DNA from: a virus
Lineage: Duplodnaviria > Caudoviricetes
IMG/VR virus record: IMGVR_UViG_3300006043_000052
Span: 1 to 38,261 of that record
Reading direction: 5' to 3' (one strand)
Length of the DNA stretch: 38,261 nt
The translations under genes and the position numbers were made by a program. The notes under the pieces are model-generated. The model was not told where the DNA came from. It did not search any database and saw only the letters and a program-made list of their open reading frames with translations. Positions 37,466 to 38,261 of this stretch are shown one piece after another; the stretch's first letter is position 1; every line of letters starts with the position of its first letter.

Positions 37466-37721
37466 AGTGAATCAACCCAAAGGCGGCACCGCAGAGGCTA
37501 CCACAACCCCGCTGGCTGTCGGCGACAAGGTCAGCTACGTCGCAATGAGCGGCGGTGGTCGGGAATACCGTCTCAGTGCACGTACCGGCGTGATTGAAGC
37601 GATCGGTGGCGGCGTTGCCACCTTGCGCACCGCGAGAGGTCGCACCATCACCCAACCACTCGAAAAGCTGACACCGGACGGCCAGCCCAATGCACTGACG
37701 CGCATGCTCATGGGAGGTTAG
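37461..37721 (+). CDS. hypothetical phage protein (SH3/KOW-like beta pattern)
   Basis: AGGAG RBS before MQVNQ; VGDKVSY..RTGVIE. Confidence 0.7.
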   Translation: MQVNQPKGGTAEATTTPLAVGDKVSYVAMSGGGREYRLSARTGVIEAIGGGVATLRTARGRTITQPLEKLTPDGQPNALTRMLMGG

Positions 37722-37724
37722 CGT

Positions 37725-37976
37725 ATGACGGTATTCCTTCTGCTTTACCTATGTGCAGATGCAACCCGAACGGATTGCCAAGTGGTGAAGGCTGATAGCT
37801 GGAATGGCCCTCTCGCCTATGAGCAATGCACCGCCGTCGTGCCTGGCCTTACCGAGGCCCTGACTGCGCCCAACCGAAAGCGGCATCGGTTCGTTTGCGA
37901 GACCCAGGCTAATGACGCGAAACCCGCAGAACACAAAGCGCCGCCGGCGTTCATCCATCAATCGTTTCGGATGTAA
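37725..37976 (+). CDS. small Cys-containing hypothetical protein
   Basis: GGAGG RBS; LLLYLC.....DC..C..FVCE. Confidence 0.7.
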   Translation: MTVFLLLYLCADATRTDCQVVKADSWNGPLAYEQCTAVVPGLTEALTAPNRKRHRFVCETQANDAKPAEHKAPPAFIHQSFRM

Positions 37977-37985
37977 GGGGCCATC

Positions 37986-38261
37986 ATGAATACAGCCTTC
38001 ATTCTCATGGCCCAATACGACGGTCAGGCGATTATCCCGCTGGAGTTGGTGTGCAGGGATTACTTCACACACCTGACGCCTGACATGTTCCAGCGCAAGG
38101 TGATGAGCGGTCAGATCAAGCTGCCCATCACCCGCCTGGAAGGTAGCCAGAAGTCAGCCAAGGGCATCCACCTAACCGACTTTGCTGCCTACCTTGACCT
38201 ACAGCGCGCAGCCGCTGTGAAGGAACATAACCAGCTCAACGGGATAAAACACGCCGTTTGA
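37986..38261 (+). CDS. PrtN (pyocin activator)-family DNA-binding protein, possibly excisionase-like
   Basis: MNTAF.LMAQY.G.A.IP...VC.DYF and SQKS.KG.HL.D.A.YLD motifs; last gene of the early operon. Confidence 0.85.
   Translation: MNTAFILMAQYDGQAIIPLELVCRDYFTHLTPDMFQRKVMSGQIKLPITRLEGSQKSAKGIHLTDFAAYLDLQRAAAVKEHNQLNGIKHAV

Larger units (their letters stand above)
1..38261. mobile_element. P2-like (phiCTX-type) prophage, probably defective; boundaries extend beyond or are not resolved in the window
   Basis: P2 gene order Q-P / O-N-M-L-X-lysis-R-S-V-W-J-I-H-FI-FII-E-T-U-D, then repressor, ogr and primase. A cos-like site lies left of the portal with cargo on both sides, as in phiCTX. Confidence 0.95.

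Noticed and set aside
7438..37655. Many long antisense or alternate-frame ORFs (e.g. 11093-12217, 14561-15571, 35884-37137)
   Set aside because: They shadow well-supported GC-rich genes and lack motifs or RBS, as expected from codon bias.

Overview
The window is almost entirely one P2-like (phiCTX-type) prophage from a Pseudomonas-like, GC-rich host. The integrase and att sites are not visible, and the integrase probably lies just right of the window. From left to right: (1) a low-GC cargo block with a HEPN-motif gene divergent from an RloC-like zinc-hook ABC-ATPase; (2) an AT-rich array of converging GGTTAG/CTAACC repeats (probable ori) and a P2-like cos site; (3) a second cargo block in the slot where phiCTX carries ctx, holding a LexA-box-controlled SRAP operon, a membrane protein with Pro-rich peptides and an orphan; (4) the complete head, lysis and contractile-tail module, with three TTGTAG-N9-CTACAA late-activator sites and the E/E' T6G frameshift; (5) a KAP NTPase, a mini-protein resembling the repressor C-terminal domain and the repressor/Cox-like switch; (6) ogr and a primase-helicase early region. 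Two core genes, gpD and the primase-helicase, each carry a single in-frame premature stop, so the prophage is probably defective while its putative defence cargo looks intact. All product calls come from motif recognition and synteny by eye; no database searches were run.
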